Below, piece by piece: positions 18,459 through 28,226 of a stretch of DNA of 64,000 bases (its first letter is position 1; each line of letters opens with the position of its first letter). The position numbers and the translations under genes are program-made. The DNA comes from Candidatus Gottesmanbacteria bacterium (lineage in GTDB: Bacteria > Patescibacteriota > Microgenomatia > UBA10105 > UBA927). The stretch covers positions 1,098,053 to 1,162,052 of the forward strand of contig JAHFKK010000001.1 in assembly GCA_023245335.1 (NCBI GenBank). Reading direction: 5' to 3'. The notes under the pieces are model-generated. The model saw nothing but the letters and a program-made list of their open reading frames with translations. It did not search any database and had not been told where the DNA came from.

Positions 18459-18510
18459 GTTTATACCAGTATTTACCAATCTTTATAAAGGTTTTTACAA
18501 GTATTTACAA
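18459..18510. repeat. Helically phased TTTA(C/T)(A/C)A direct repeats, left copy
   Basis: gtttataccagt atttaccaat ctttataaag gtttttacaa gtatttacaa; ~10-11 bp period. Confidence 0.65.
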
Positions 18511-18526
18511 ATGGCTTTAGCTTGTA

Positions 18527-18934
18527 TTAAGGCGCCGGAATGGCTTTTGTTGGTGCAACAGTAGCAGATGGTGTAGCGCTCCCCACATTGATAGTCCCGA
18601 AGTTAATAATTTTATTTGCTTGTTCATCATAAAGTATCGCAAGCCGTGCATTGGGATACAATATGACCCGGTCGTCTTTTTTGGCTTTTGCAAAAAACGG
18701 CTGACTTTTTATAAGATCAGGATTTTGGACTGTGGCGACGGTCGGCTGTTCACCAGTCGGTAAATCGATAAGCTTACCTACCTTGGCCAACAAATCTCTT
18801 ACTGCAATATTTGGATCGTTGGTACGGGCGACCAGTGTCTTATATTGAAAGTAATAATAGATCCCAGCAGTAGATCCGGCGACGGCAAGCAGTATGAGAA
18901 TGACGAAAGAAATAATGACCGCTTTTTTCTCCAT
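18527..18934 (-). CDS. Membrane-anchored protein, paralog of the N-terminal domain of 21045-21764
   Basis: TM followed by VGKLI.LP.GE.PTVATV...FFA.AKK.DRV..Y..A..AILY. Confidence 0.8.
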   Translation of the reverse strand: MEKKAVIISFVILILLAVAGSTAGIYYYFQYKTLVARTNDPNIAVRDLLAKVGKLIDLPTGEQPTVATVQNPDLIKSQPFFAKAKKDDRVILYPNARLAILYDEQANKIINFGTINVGSATPSATVAPTKAIPAP

Positions 18935-18981
18935 ATATTGCAAAGTAAATTTCTTAAAGTATGAGTATTATACACCGACTT

Positions 18982-19149
18982 CTAAAAAGCGGTATACAAA
19001 AAAGGAACCACCGGCGAACTTTGCGCTAAGACAAGCAACACGGCAACGACAATGAGTGTGACGACAAACGGGATCATCCACCACAAACGATTCTGCCAAA
19101 AGAAGGAAAGCAATTCTTTCACGGTAGAGGCTTGATGGATGACTTTCAT
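18982..19149 (-). CDS. SxtK-like / DUF5989 small membrane protein (55 aa, absent from the ORF track)
   Basis: Manual translation MKVIHQASTVKELLSFFWQNRLWWMIPFVVTLIVVAVLLVLAQSSPVVPFLYTAF; WW..P and PF.Y..F signature; overlaps the carbamoyltransferase stop. Confidence 0.85.
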   Translation of the reverse strand: MKVIHQASTVKELLSFFWQNRLWWMIPFVVTLIVVAVLLVLAQSSPVVPFLYTAF

Positions 19150-20822
19150 AGCGTTATCTTGTCCTTAATAACATACTTCCCTAACACCAAAACGTCAATG
19201 CCGCTCCTCACAAATGTGCTGTAGGCGTCGGCGGGACTGTTGACGATGGGCTCGCCTTTCAGGTTAAATGAGGTATTGAGAAGTATCGGACGCTTGGTCT
19301 TTTTATAAAAAGCTTCAAGAAGCCTCCGGTATCGGCCGGGATACCCCCTACTCACCGTCTGTATGCGGGAAGTGCCGTCCACATGAACGACAGCTGCGGC
19401 GATGCGTTTGGCCAACCTGCTCGCTTGAAAGGTCCCGAGCATAAACGGTATAAGGTTGGACTCCGTGACGGTAAAATACCGTTTTGTCTGCTCTGCCAGT
19501 ATAACCGGAGCAAACGGCCGGAATTCTTCACGGAATTTGATTTTGGCGTTCACGATGTCTTTCATCTTCGATTCTTTGGGGTCCGCAAGTATCGTTCGGT
19601 GCCCGAGAGCCCGTGGCCCGAATTCTGCCCGTCCTTCAAACCAGCCGACCACACGCCCCGATATCAATGCATCCGTAACTGTCGAATATAACCGTGCATC
19701 CTTCATCGCTATATAGGGAATTTTTTTATCAACGAGAAATTGACGGATTGTCCTGTCGCTGTACTCCTTACCCCAAAATACATCCCGTAACGGCTGACGC
19801 TTCTCAGCACCCAACACATGATGATATGCGTATAACGCCGCCCCCGCTGCGGCACCGTCATCCCCGGCTGCCGGAAAAATAAACAGATGTTTAAAGGGGG
19901 TCCGTTTCGTTACCAAACCGTTGATGACGCTGTTTAAAGCGACTCCGCCACCATAAACAAGGTTAGTCTCCCCTGTCTCCCGGGCAATCACCGACATCAT
20001 GGTAAAAATGATTTCTTCGGTGACCTTTTGGATGCTCGCTGCCAAATCAAAACGATCGCACCCCACAAATTCCTTCAGAAACACGTCCGAACACATCCGT
20101 TCGGCACTTCTATGGAACAGAAAGTAATCAAGATTGAGACGAAGGGATCCATCAGAAAACTGGCGGAACGTTTTTTTGACTTTATTCACATATCTTGGCT
20201 TCCCGTATCCGGCCATTCCCATCACTTTGTATTCCCCGTCGTTTACTTCGAACCCAAGGAATGCGGTAAACGCTGAATAAAGCATGCCGACTGAATGCGG
20301 GAACCGCATTTCATACCTTGGGAAAAGACGATGTCCCCGGGCGGTTCCCCAGCTCCCGGTAGTCCACTCGCCGACAGCATCCAAAGTGAGATATGCGGCG
20401 TGAGAAAACGGACTCGGATAAAAACTCGCCGCGGCATGACTCGTGTGCTGGGGAACAAATAATACTTGTTCCGGCGCTATACCAAGCTCACTCACGATCG
20501 TTGATTTGATCCAGAGCTTCTCCGTAAGGCTGTTGCGCATGGATTCGACAAACCAGGAACGTGACTCAGGCGCGTACCGGAGACTGATGGTCAGATTACG
20601 TTCGAACTTCTGAAACGGTTTTTCATAGAACGCAACGTAGTCAAGCTCATTGGCCCTCATACCTGCTTCTTTCAGGCAATATGCGATAGCCTGTTTCGGG
20701 AACCCTGCGTCATGTTTTTTACGGCTGAACCGTTCTTCAGCGGAAGCGGCAATAAGCCTGCCATCTCGGATGATGACCGCTGCCGATTCGTGATAGTGAC
20801 TGGAAATACCCAGGATAGTCAT
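19146..20822 (-). CDS. O-carbamoyltransferase, NodU/CmcH/TobZ/SxtI family
   Basis: ILGIS..HESAA, EERFSRKKH, H.SHAA, EYKVMGMA.YG, GGVALN, EFGPRALGHR, KFRE.FRPFAP, VHVDGT.R.QTV and LNTSFN motifs. Confidence 0.96.
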   Translation of the reverse strand: MTILGISSHYHESAAVIIRDGRLIAASAEERFSRKKHDAGFPKQAIAYCLKEAGMRANELDYVAFYEKPFQKFERNLTISLRYAPESRSWFVESMRNSLTEKLWIKSTIVSELGIAPEQVLFVPQHTSHAAASFYPSPFSHAAYLTLDAVGEWTTGSWGTARGHRLFPRYEMRFPHSVGMLYSAFTAFLGFEVNDGEYKVMGMAGYGKPRYVNKVKKTFRQFSDGSLRLNLDYFLFHRSAERMCSDVFLKEFVGCDRFDLAASIQKVTEEIIFTMMSVIARETGETNLVYGGGVALNSVINGLVTKRTPFKHLFIFPAAGDDGAAAGAALYAYHHVLGAEKRQPLRDVFWGKEYSDRTIRQFLVDKKIPYIAMKDARLYSTVTDALISGRVVGWFEGRAEFGPRALGHRTILADPKESKMKDIVNAKIKFREEFRPFAPVILAEQTKRYFTVTESNLIPFMLGTFQASRLAKRIAAAVVHVDGTSRIQTVSRGYPGRYRRLLEAFYKKTKRPILLNTSFNLKGEPIVNSPADAYSTFVRSGIDVLVLGKYVIKDKITL

Positions 20823-20829
20823 ACTGGTT

Positions 20830-21021
20830 TCAAAACTGCTTTCTTAGATCGTCCAGTGTGTTAGCGCGGTAGGACCAGGAATGCCATTCTCCCGGCATGT
20901 GCTTCGTAACAACCCGGTACATGAAACCAAGCGGAACGACAAAAAGCCAATAGATAAAGGACAAAAGAATCGTCGTCTGCCAACGGGTAAGGACTCTGGC
21001 GATAGTCCGGAATAGCTCCAT
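20830..21021 (-). CDS. SxtJ-like small membrane protein
   Basis: ILLS.IY...V.PLG...R and C-terminal L.KQF; adjacent to the carbamoyltransferase. Confidence 0.75.
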   Translation of the reverse strand: MELFRTIARVLTRWQTTILLSFIYWLFVVPLGFMYRVVTKHMPGEWHSWSYRANTLDDLRKQF

Positions 21022-21044
21022 AGATATGCCCAAACGGCAAAAAA

Positions 21045-21764
21045 TTATTTCTTATCCGCTCCGATTATAATGAGAAAATCCGCTGATGGGGTCGATTCCC
21101 CGGCAGGAAGCGGTGACAGGGTAACTCCCAGGCTCTGCGCCAGTTGCTGAGCAGCCTGCGCCTTATCGCCTTTGACATCAACCAGGAGTGTCGTCGTATA
21201 ATTTTTTCCTTTTGCATTATCCCGATCGGCAACCACGGCATTCGGGGTCTTCCCCTTGAGCTCGACTTCATACTTCTTTGTGAGTCCGACAACCGATGTG
21301 CCGTTCAGAAGAACAAAGGACGGCGTCTGCTGCGCAGCGGTCGTTGTGGGACCGACACTTATAGGACCCACATCAACGATTTTATGTTCGCCGGGCCGAT
21401 AGAGAATTGCTTTTTTGGCTTTGGTATAGATAAGCACACGATCTCCTTTTTTTGCGTTGGCGAAAAACGGATTAGCCTGCAACCGCGAAGCATCCGTCAC
21501 CGTCGCGACCGTCGGAGTCTCACCGGCCGGAAGAACGATAAGTTTACCGACTTCCGTGACGAGTTGCTGTGCATCGGTTTTCGCCGCATCAGCAAGAGAT
21601 GTGGGAGACGACTTGAGACGGTCAAGCTCTTTTTGAATCACGAAAAATCTATAGACACCGAAGCCGGTAAGAAAGACAACCACCACGCCGATAACAATGA
21701 ATACTACCCGTTGGGGCAACCGGAACGAAGAGGTCAAGTGCTCACCAGGACGATCGTCACTCAT
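21045..21764 (-). CDS. Membrane-anchored protein with a LytR_C-like C-terminal domain
   Basis: VLLNGT.VVGL...NA....Y.TT...A..LA..LG...D..IIIG.D; probable start at ATG 21764. Confidence 0.8.
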   Translation of the reverse strand: MSDDRPGEHLTSSFRLPQRVVFIVIGVVVVFLTGFGVYRFFVIQKELDRLKSSPTSLADAAKTDAQQLVTEVGKLIVLPAGETPTVATVTDASRLQANPFFANAKKGDRVLIYTKAKKAILYRPGEHKIVDVGPISVGPTTTAAQQTPSFVLLNGTSVVGLTKKYEVELKGKTPNAVVADRDNAKGKNYTTTLLVDVKGDKAQAAQQLAQSLGVTLSPLPAGESTPSADFLIIIGADKK

Positions 21765-21816
21765 ATGTACTGGTATATCACGGAACGGGCAATACTGACA
21801 AGCATATATCGCTTTG

Positions 21817-22767
21817 TTACGGATAGGTGGAAAGATACCAGGAAACCGTCCGGTTGAGGCCGGTGCGGAACTTGGTCCCGGCACGGAAACCGAATGCGGT
21901 AGATGCAAGTGAAGAGTCCAACAATCTCTTCGGCTGACCGTCCGGATGGCGACCGTCAAACCGTATGTCGCCCACGAATCCAACCAGCCGCGCAATCTCG
22001 CTGGCAAGCATCCGGATCGACAACTCGCTGCCGCTGCCGATATTTACAGGATCCGGCCTGTCATACTGTTGGGCGGCCAACATGATTGCACGGGCGGCGT
22101 CACCCACATACAGAAACTCCCGCGTCGCGAGCCCAGTTCCCCATAATACGACGGTTTTTGCCCTGCGTTTCTTCGCATCACGCATCTTCCGGATGAGCGA
22201 AGGAATGACATGCGCATACTGCGGGTGATATGAATCTCCGGGCCCGTAGAGATTCACCGGGATGAGATAGATAATCGGAAATCCGTACTGCTGCCGATAT
22301 GCGTGTGCCTGCACCAGGAGAGATTTTTTTGCTACCCCGTATGCGGCATTTGTTTCTTCGGGATACCCGTCCCAAAAATTCCGCTCCGAAAACGGAACCG
22401 GCGTATATTTGGGATAGGAACAAACGGTCCCTATGTGAACGAGTTTCCTGACACCGGCTCGATAGGCCGCCTGAGTTATATACATACCCATAAGGAGGTT
22501 ATCATCAAACAGTGTGGCGGGAAATTTTTCATTCCGTCCGATACCCCCGACTTCACCGGCCGCATGAATGACGATATCCGCTCCTACCACAGCCTTTTTG
22601 CATGCGCTAAGGGTCCGGAGGTCATACTCATCATGCGTCACCCGACGTAACGCACGCGGGCGGAGTTCGGTAAGGAGTGAAACGATGTGGGATCCGAGAA
22701 ATCCCGTTGCACCGGTCACGACGACCCGTTGTTTCCGCCAAAATGCAGGAGAAAATGTGCGTCGCAT
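21817..22767 (-). CDS. fcl: GDP-L-fucose synthase-like NAD-dependent epimerase/reductase
   Basis: VTGATGFLG, AG.VGGI..N, CSYPK, YGVAKK, NLYGPGD, HVIP.LI.K, WGTG...REFLYV and PDGQP.R motifs. Confidence 0.9.
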   Translation of the reverse strand: MRRTFSPAFWRKQRVVVTGATGFLGSHIVSLLTELRPRALRRVTHDEYDLRTLSACKKAVVGADIVIHAAGEVGGIGRNEKFPATLFDDNLLMGMYITQAAYRAGVRKLVHIGTVCSYPKYTPVPFSERNFWDGYPEETNAAYGVAKKSLLVQAHAYRQQYGFPIIYLIPVNLYGPGDSYHPQYAHVIPSLIRKMRDAKKRRAKTVVLWGTGLATREFLYVGDAARAIMLAAQQYDRPDPVNIGSGSELSIRMLASEIARLVGFVGDIRFDGRHPDGQPKRLLDSSLASTAFGFRAGTKFRTGLNRTVSWYLSTYP

Positions 22768-22785
22768 AATCCAATGGGTATTGTA

Positions 22786-23553
22786 TCACGACCGGGTCGC
22801 GTCCCTTTTCCTGACACGAAAATCTTTCATCGCATGATATAGGACGACAAGAAGCTTCATGCCGTCGCGAAATCTCGATATTTTGGTGACTCCATAAACA
22901 CGCGCCCGATACACGACGGGTACCTCAACGATAGGCATACCCAGCTTGGCTGCTCCGAGAAGGAGGGTGAAGTCACCATACGGGTCATGGATGCGGAATT
23001 TTTTTGTCGCGTGCCATATGTTCTGATACTGCACGCGGGTCAGGGCCTTTGTTCCGCAAAGAGTATCCGTAATCCGTGAGCCGACCATAAGGGAAAATAT
23101 CCATGAAAACAGAATGTTCCCAGTATGGTTAAGGAGTCGCATCGCACCGGGCTCCTGGGGATAGATGAATCGCGATCCCATAACCAACGCGGACGGTTTT
23201 TTCACCAGTGCCGACACAACATGAACAATGACCGTAGGATCGACGGACATATCCGCGTCATAGATCACAAGCGCCTGTCCGCGTGCGCGCCGCATGCCAT
23301 AAGAAACGGCATCCCATTTTCCCCTGCCGGGTTGTTGCTTGTCATAGATACGCCAGGAACGGTGACGCCCTCCTCCCAATGTACGAATGGCACGACGGAT
23401 GGCTTCTCTGGTGCCGTCCGTAGAATGACCGTCGACAAAGATAAGCTCTCCCCGCAGGGGAATTTTGGAAACGGAGACAACGATACGGGAGACGGTCCCT
23501 GCTTCATCTTTGCAGGGAACTATAACACTCACATCTATAGCTCTCGTTGTCAT
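22786..23553 (-). CDS. Glycosyltransferase family 2 (polyprenol-phosphate glycosyltransferase-like)
   Basis: SVIVPC.DE, VDGHSTDGT, YDAD, GSRF, TDTLCGTK and EVPV.Y.AR..G.TK motifs. Confidence 0.92.
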   Translation of the reverse strand: MTTRAIDVSVIVPCKDEAGTVSRIVVSVSKIPLRGELIFVDGHSTDGTREAIRRAIRTLGGGRHRSWRIYDKQQPGRGKWDAVSYGMRRARGQALVIYDADMSVDPTVIVHVVSALVKKPSALVMGSRFIYPQEPGAMRLLNHTGNILFSWIFSLMVGSRITDTLCGTKALTRVQYQNIWHATKKFRIHDPYGDFTLLLGAAKLGMPIVEVPVVYRARVYGVTKISRFRDGMKLLVVLYHAMKDFRVRKRDATRS

Positions 23554-23564
23554 TATATTTGTAA

Positions 23565-24581
23565 TTGATTATGATAAGTGAACGCAAACATCAGGCTGCA
23601 GACATGAAACAAACGCTTCTTATTGTACTCGGATTGTCCATAATCGCCAACATTATCGGCTTTACGTATATCAGCCTGAACGCACATCCGCCGGACGGAT
23701 ATCAATCCGGCTCGGCAGATCAATATCCGTTATTATCACCAAGGATATTTGCCGAAAAACAAAACGATATCCTCGTGAACTTCGTCAAACTGAGAGCTGA
23801 CATCGCCGCATATATCTCCGCAACTAATCTCAATACAGACTCGAAAAAATCCCCTTCATTCGGGATGTACTTTGAATATCTGCCATCCGGCATATCAATC
23901 GGCGTAGGAGAAAAAAATTCATATATTGCCGCGAGCCTTCTCAAGGTTCCGATCATCATGGGAGTATATAAGTATATAGCCAGTGGACACATACATGAAG
24001 ACGATGTCCTGACCATCAAAGACGAATTCCTCGACCCGTCATACGGCGATTTATGGAAAAAAGGCGCAGGGAGTACCATATCCGTCGCTGACGCCATCAA
24101 GCTCACGCTCATCAAATCGGATAACACCGCAAAGTCGGTCCTCTATGGTAATACCCCGCCGGAAACGCTCACTGACGTCTATCAGTATTTGGACATACCC
24201 TTTGAGCTGAACGGGAACGTCCCGGTAGTTTCACCCAAAAATTACTCCTCCATTCTCCGAAGCCTTTACCTGTCAAGTTACCTGACCCCTGAATATTCCA
24301 ACAAACTGCTCACATTGCTCACCCAATCTGATTTCAATGATAAATTAAGCGCCGGTATTCCGGATGCAGTAAAAGTCGCTCACAAAATCGGCGTACAGGA
24401 TGTAAACAATCCGAATGGCTCCATCTACACGGATTGCGGTATCGTCTACGTTCCGAAACGCCCGTATATCCTATGTCTCATGATGCGGGATACGGAAACA
24501 AACGCACAGACGCACATGAAATCGATCTCAAAAATAATCTATGACTACGTCACCAAAACAAATACGCCGTCCTCCAACTGA
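23565..24581 (+). CDS. Class A beta-lactamase-like serine hydrolase / penicillin-binding protein, membrane-anchored
   Basis: SxxK (ASLLK), SDN and HKIG motifs; N-terminal TM; start may be 23604. Confidence 0.85.
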   Translation: MIMISERKHQAADMKQTLLIVLGLSIIANIIGFTYISLNAHPPDGYQSGSADQYPLLSPRIFAEKQNDILVNFVKLRADIAAYISATNLNTDSKKSPSFGMYFEYLPSGISIGVGEKNSYIAASLLKVPIIMGVYKYIASGHIHEDDVLTIKDEFLDPSYGDLWKKGAGSTISVADAIKLTLIKSDNTAKSVLYGNTPPETLTDVYQYLDIPFELNGNVPVVSPKNYSSILRSLYLSSYLTPEYSNKLLTLLTQSDFNDKLSAGIPDAVKVAHKIGVQDVNNPNGSIYTDCGIVYVPKRPYILCLMMRDTETNAQTHMKSISKIIYDYVTKTNTPSSN

Positions 24582-26556
24582 TGTCCGGCTGTGGATCACC
24601 TGCGCCTTTGGTCTGTTGACCCTTCTTCTGTGCGCACGATATCTCCTGGGAAACACCATGTCACCGGACTCGTGGCTCCATATCGGAACGGGGCGATTTA
24701 TTCTGGAACACAAATATTTGCCGCATCATGGAGATATTTCGTACAAAATCACCGCGCCAATTTTTGAATGGGTTCCCGCAAGCTGGTTATCCGACGTCAT
24801 GCTCTACGTAAGCAGCGCAAAATTAACTGTCGGCGGGCCGCTCATCAGCATAACCATACTGCTCTTCACATTATGGCTCCTGTATATCGTGGGCGGGTTT
24901 CTGACCATTCCGAACGTGCTGAGGGTTGTATCTATCACGATCGCGGCAATCCTGACCCTGTCGTTTTGGAGACTGCACCCACTACTTTTTCTGGTACCGC
25001 TCACCGTCCTTCTGGAACTCGTATTCATCCGCTGGACACAAACCAAAATACACCGGCTCCTCTGGATTCTTCCTCTTATTACAGTCCTCTGGGCAAATAT
25101 AGGCGGAGGATTTTTATTTATTCCCCTGGGTATCATCATCGCGTATATAGCACACTATCTGTTGACTGAAAAATATAGTAAAAAGGAACGGATCGGTATC
25201 ATCACGCCCGCCGTTACAGGCGCGCTCGTGACCCTCATAAATCCAAGCGGTATACGGGTCTGGATCTACAACGTCACCGTCATCGGACTGTTAGACTCAC
25301 GAAAATGGTATTCGACCCTCACGGGAGCGCTTGAGGCCACCAATACGAGCATCATCAAAAACGCTCCTTCTACTATTCCGTTTGTTTTGGCCCTCGCGTA
25401 CCTCCTGGTGACGGTGTTCGCACTCGGATACGTTCTCGTATCGGACTGGAGAATTTCGTACCCGAAGGTACGTCCCGTCCTTCCTTTGGCCGTACTCCTT
25501 ATCCTACCCTTTCTCTGGATACGGTTTATTCCTATTGGACTCATACCGACATTGCCGCTTTTTATCGTGGTACTATCATTGCTTCTCCGTCGATTGAACG
25601 GCCCGGGGACTCGCTTCGCCGGGCTATTCGGCGTATCGACCGGCCTTCTCATACTCCTTGGCCTCCTATCTCTGCCCGCAGAACCTTCACAGTCTCCGCC
25701 GGTCCACCAGCTCGATATGATCGAGGCCTTTCAACTCCCCCGGACCGTACTTGTGAGCACTGATTTAGTCGGGTACTCCTACTACCGTCTCTATCCGGAT
25801 AAAGGTTTTATAGACGCACAGGACGACATGTTTGATGATAACGACACCCTCGCCATTTACTCGCAGTTTTCAACCGTTTCCGACACACAGGCAAAGCAAC
25901 TCCTCGCTGCGTATCCGAACATAAACGCCGTGATGCTATCGAAAGAAAATGATTACCTGACCGGATATTTCGACAAACAGCCGGACTGGGCGCTCGTCTA
26001 CCTGGACTACAACGGCCTGCTATTTGTGAGAAAATCTTTTGTTTCCGAATCGTTCCTCCGGGATCACGAATTGAGCGCTCTCGATCTCACGACCGACTTG
26101 GGTACTGACCCAAAACATATTCCCGATGCCATCATCCAACTTGAAAAATTCACAAAAACCTACCCCGACAGTACGCTTGCTATCGGTCAACTGGCGAGTC
26201 TCTATAGGGTCAGCGGCAGGCTTGATCAGGCGATCGGAACTATCAAACGTATTCCACAGGCCAAGTGGGATTTCGTCGTCAAGACGGAAATGGGCCGGAT
26301 TCTCGCGGCAAAAGGCGATTGCGCTGATGCGGAACGATTCTTCCTGGATGCTTTGGGCGATCGGAATGAGAAAAATGTCTCAAAAACCACACTGGATCTG
26401 GCGATACTCTATGCTGTGTGCCTCAAAGATAATGCAAAAGCACAACATTATTTCAAACGATATACTTCCTACCCTATCCCGCAGACGGAACGGGACCGCG
26501 CAACAGAGATCATGAAGCGGTATGTCATCAACCTGGAGCTTGATACCCCACCATGA
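24541..26556 (+). CDS. GT-C-like multi-pass membrane protein with C-terminal TPRs
   Basis: D.W.H..TG motif after TM1, LWANI.GGF, LINPSG, ~12 TMs, WALVY.D and a TPR-like tail. Confidence 0.7.
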   Translation: MTTSPKQIRRPPTDVRLWITCAFGLLTLLLCARYLLGNTMSPDSWLHIGTGRFILEHKYLPHHGDISYKITAPIFEWVPASWLSDVMLYVSSAKLTVGGPLISITILLFTLWLLYIVGGFLTIPNVLRVVSITIAAILTLSFWRLHPLLFLVPLTVLLELVFIRWTQTKIHRLLWILPLITVLWANIGGGFLFIPLGIIIAYIAHYLLTEKYSKKERIGIITPAVTGALVTLINPSGIRVWIYNVTVIGLLDSRKWYSTLTGALEATNTSIIKNAPSTIPFVLALAYLLVTVFALGYVLVSDWRISYPKVRPVLPLAVLLILPFLWIRFIPIGLIPTLPLFIVVLSLLLRRLNGPGTRFAGLFGVSTGLLILLGLLSLPAEPSQSPPVHQLDMIEAFQLPRTVLVSTDLVGYSYYRLYPDKGFIDAQDDMFDDNDTLAIYSQFSTVSDTQAKQLLAAYPNINAVMLSKENDYLTGYFDKQPDWALVYLDYNGLLFVRKSFVSESFLRDHELSALDLTTDLGTDPKHIPDAIIQLEKFTKTYPDSTLAIGQLASLYRVSGRLDQAIGTIKRIPQAKWDFVVKTEMGRILAAKGDCADAERFFLDALGDRNEKNVSKTTLDLAILYAVCLKDNAKAQHYFKRYTSYPIPQTERDRATEIMKRYVINLELDTPP

Positions 26557-28220
26557 ACAAAATTATTATCAGTGACCTAGCACCCTGGGTCGTCACCGCG
26601 GCGCTATGTATTGTCATGGGGTATCTCGTCACCTGCATACCGGCCTGTATACGCTCATGGACGAGACCTGGACGTCGCACGGCGCTATTCTTCTTATTGG
26701 TCTCAGTTTCCATAGCGGCGTTTGTACGATTTGCCTGGGTCCCGAATACGCGCCGGATTTATTTTGATGAAGACCGGTATCTCATGTATGCAGTATCATT
26801 TGCCAGAACGGGACAGGAGCTGGGAATACGGCTGGCAACACCGACCAAGGTCTTGCTCGGAGATCCGGACCCGGGAGCGCGCGTCACGGTGCCCACTCTC
26901 CATGCATGGATTATGCGTTTGTTCGGATATAATGACACGCCACTTTTTACCGCCGCCAAAGTAGCCAGCACCATACAGATCCTTCTTCTGTTTGCATTGT
27001 CGTTTCTCTTGTTTGGATCGCCCGTAGGGGCTATAGTCGCCGCCTGCATCTACGCGCTGCTACCGATCACTGCTTATTGGTCTGTAACGACCAATCTCGA
27101 CTCTTACTTCGTGTTTTTCGGCATGCTCGCGGCAATTGCAGCCCTCTGGTATGTGAAACGTCCATCGCTCGCCCGCAGCATATTCCTATGTGCCACGATA
27201 ACGCTATTATTATTTGTACGTATCGAGGGATTGGCATTCATACCGATCCTCGTCATAGCGATCGTCCTGCGCAGAAGGGAAATCCGAGCGCCACTCCTTC
27301 AACGGTCAGATATTTTCGCTATCGCATTTACTGCACTTTTATTAGGAATGCGGCTTTTTATTGCCCTTCCCTTATTTTCACAAACCTGGTGTTGCGCTGA
27401 AGCCACCCCTCTCGAGATATTCCAGATCGGATATGTTGCCCGGAATATCATTCCGAACATCCAAACCTTCGTGATGCAACCGGAATTTCCGGCTATACTC
27501 TCACTTCTTGCGTTCGTCACGCTGTTTCTGCCGTACGAGTGGACCAAAAAACGGCTGCCCTCGCTATCTGGATCGGCCCGCTGGATGCTTGTTTTGTGGA
27601 TTCTTTTTTACTTTGTCATCTACTCCTGTTATTACGCAGGACAATTTTATTCGTTTACGTTTTCGGGCTCCTATGGACGGTTTTTCCTCGTGCTCGTGCC
27701 TCCCATCGTACTTCTTGCCGCCTTCGGCCTGACACGCATAGGGAACGTATTTGTTACGGCAAACAATAAATCCAAAATACGGATGCTCGGTGTGGCGCTT
27801 ATCGTCGGTTTGACGCTCTATCCGACCATAATAAATTATCAAACTATGATCCGAATATCCCCGTGGGACGCGCTTGTTGATATGGGGCCGCGTATTTCCC
27901 GTACGCAGCTTACGCAAAATATCCTGCCGAACATTCCAAGATCCGCTATCCTCATCCATCCGTTAACCGCAGCGCCACTCATGGACGGACGGACCATTGT
28001 TGCCTACGAGGCTTTCCTGTCATCGCCACAGGCGCAATCCTATGTGAAACAAAAACTTAAAGAAGGTGTCCAGGTATATATCCTGCATACGAATACGTGC
28101 GATTCAACCCCGTACAAATGCGCGGGCCTTCGTGGGACGTTCACTTTCGTCCCTACTCCTCTTGGACAAGATACGACACAAACCATTGTCGGAATTGACC
28201 AAGTCAAGCTTGTCCATTAG
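26553..28220 (+). CDS. GT-C fold glycosyltransferase (PMT_2/ArnT-like)
   Basis: R...FDE..Y...A motif after an early TM, ~13 TMs, R.E and GRFFL..VPP motifs. Confidence 0.75.
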   Translation: MNKIIISDLAPWVVTAALCIVMGYLVTCIPACIRSWTRPGRRTALFFLLVSVSIAAFVRFAWVPNTRRIYFDEDRYLMYAVSFARTGQELGIRLATPTKVLLGDPDPGARVTVPTLHAWIMRLFGYNDTPLFTAAKVASTIQILLLFALSFLLFGSPVGAIVAACIYALLPITAYWSVTTNLDSYFVFFGMLAAIAALWYVKRPSLARSIFLCATITLLLFVRIEGLAFIPILVIAIVLRRREIRAPLLQRSDIFAIAFTALLLGMRLFIALPLFSQTWCCAEATPLEIFQIGYVARNIIPNIQTFVMQPEFPAILSLLAFVTLFLPYEWTKKRLPSLSGSARWMLVLWILFYFVIYSCYYAGQFYSFTFSGSYGRFFLVLVPPIVLLAAFGLTRIGNVFVTANNKSKIRMLGVALIVGLTLYPTIINYQTMIRISPWDALVDMGPRISRTQLTQNILPNIPRSAILIHPLTAAPLMDGRTIVAYEAFLSSPQAQSYVKQKLKEGVQVYILHTNTCDSTPYKCAGLRGTFTFVPTPLGQDTTQTIVGIDQVKLVH

Positions 28221-28226
28221 ACCCAT

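Noticed and set aside
18982-21021. Saxitoxin biosynthesis
   Set aside because: Only the widespread I/J/K-like triad is present; no sxtA/sxtG-like genes, and the context is glycan modification
21765-22007. N-terminal extension of the 320-aa ORF 21045-22007
   Set aside because: It overlaps the fcl-like gene; the ATG at 21764 gives a normal short N-tail before the TM
23565-24581. Bona fide antibiotic-resistance beta-lactamase
   Set aside because: SxxK/SDN/KxG are present, but the omega-loop region looks short with no clear ExxLN-equivalent position; membrane-anchored PBP-like hydrolase is the safer call
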